Below, one piece after another: positions 34,952 to 35,094 of a stretch of DNA of 35,094 bases. How positions within the stretch are numbered: position 1 is the stretch's first letter; the number at the start of each line of letters is the position of its first letter. Under the pieces are notes generated by a model. The model worked only from the letters and a program-made list of their open reading frames with translations, was not told where the DNA came from and searched no databases. Source of the DNA: Octopus bimaculoides (lineage: Eukaryota). The position numbers were made by a program, and so were the translations under genes. The stretch covers positions 81,721,765 to 81,756,858 of the forward strand of contig NC_068984.1 in the NCBI RefSeq assembly GCF_001194135.2, given 5' to 3'.

Positions 34952-35094
34952 TTCTACTTTTTATTTGTTTCAGTCATTAGACTGCAGTCATGCTGGGGCA
35001 CTGCCTTGAAGGATTTTTAGTCGAATGAATCGACCACAGTTATTTTTCCTTTTAAATCTGGTACTTATTCTATCGGTTTATTTGGCGAAACAAA
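34952..35094 (-). mobile_element. SINE family B, 3' end, cut by window edge
   Basis: TTTGTTTCAGTCATTAGACTGCAGTCATGCTGGGGCACTGCC...GGTACTTATTCTATCGG. Confidence 0.87.

Overview
AT-rich (roughly 35% GC by eye), microsatellite-saturated eukaryotic non-coding DNA with ten N gaps (4187-4595, 6068-6101, 6829-7610, 8567-9015, 19318-19428, 23950-23987, 25596-26502, 27911-28083, 29509-29640, 34012-34028), most next to simple repeats. The repeat landscape looks like an octopod cephalopod draft genome; this is an inference from pattern recognition, not a search. I find no intact protein-coding gene, and most ORF-track entries are translated microsatellites or gaps. Supported content: many copies of at least three tRNA-derived SINE families, a decayed Penelope-like element (RT end plus GIY-YIG), a decayed RTE-type LINE endonuclease region, the 5' end of a Tigger/pogo transposon and an interstitial (CCCTAA)n tract. 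Most interesting: a Penelope-type minimal hammerhead ribozyme candidate (29669-29717), a ~730-nt repeat unit whose segment junctions close into a circle with an inversion (4650-5944), a cluster of E-boxes in a SINE-free stretch (20402-21436) and two strong hairpins (557-667, 34479-34530). All alignments and translations were done by eye. I cannot claim a new biological system from this window alone.
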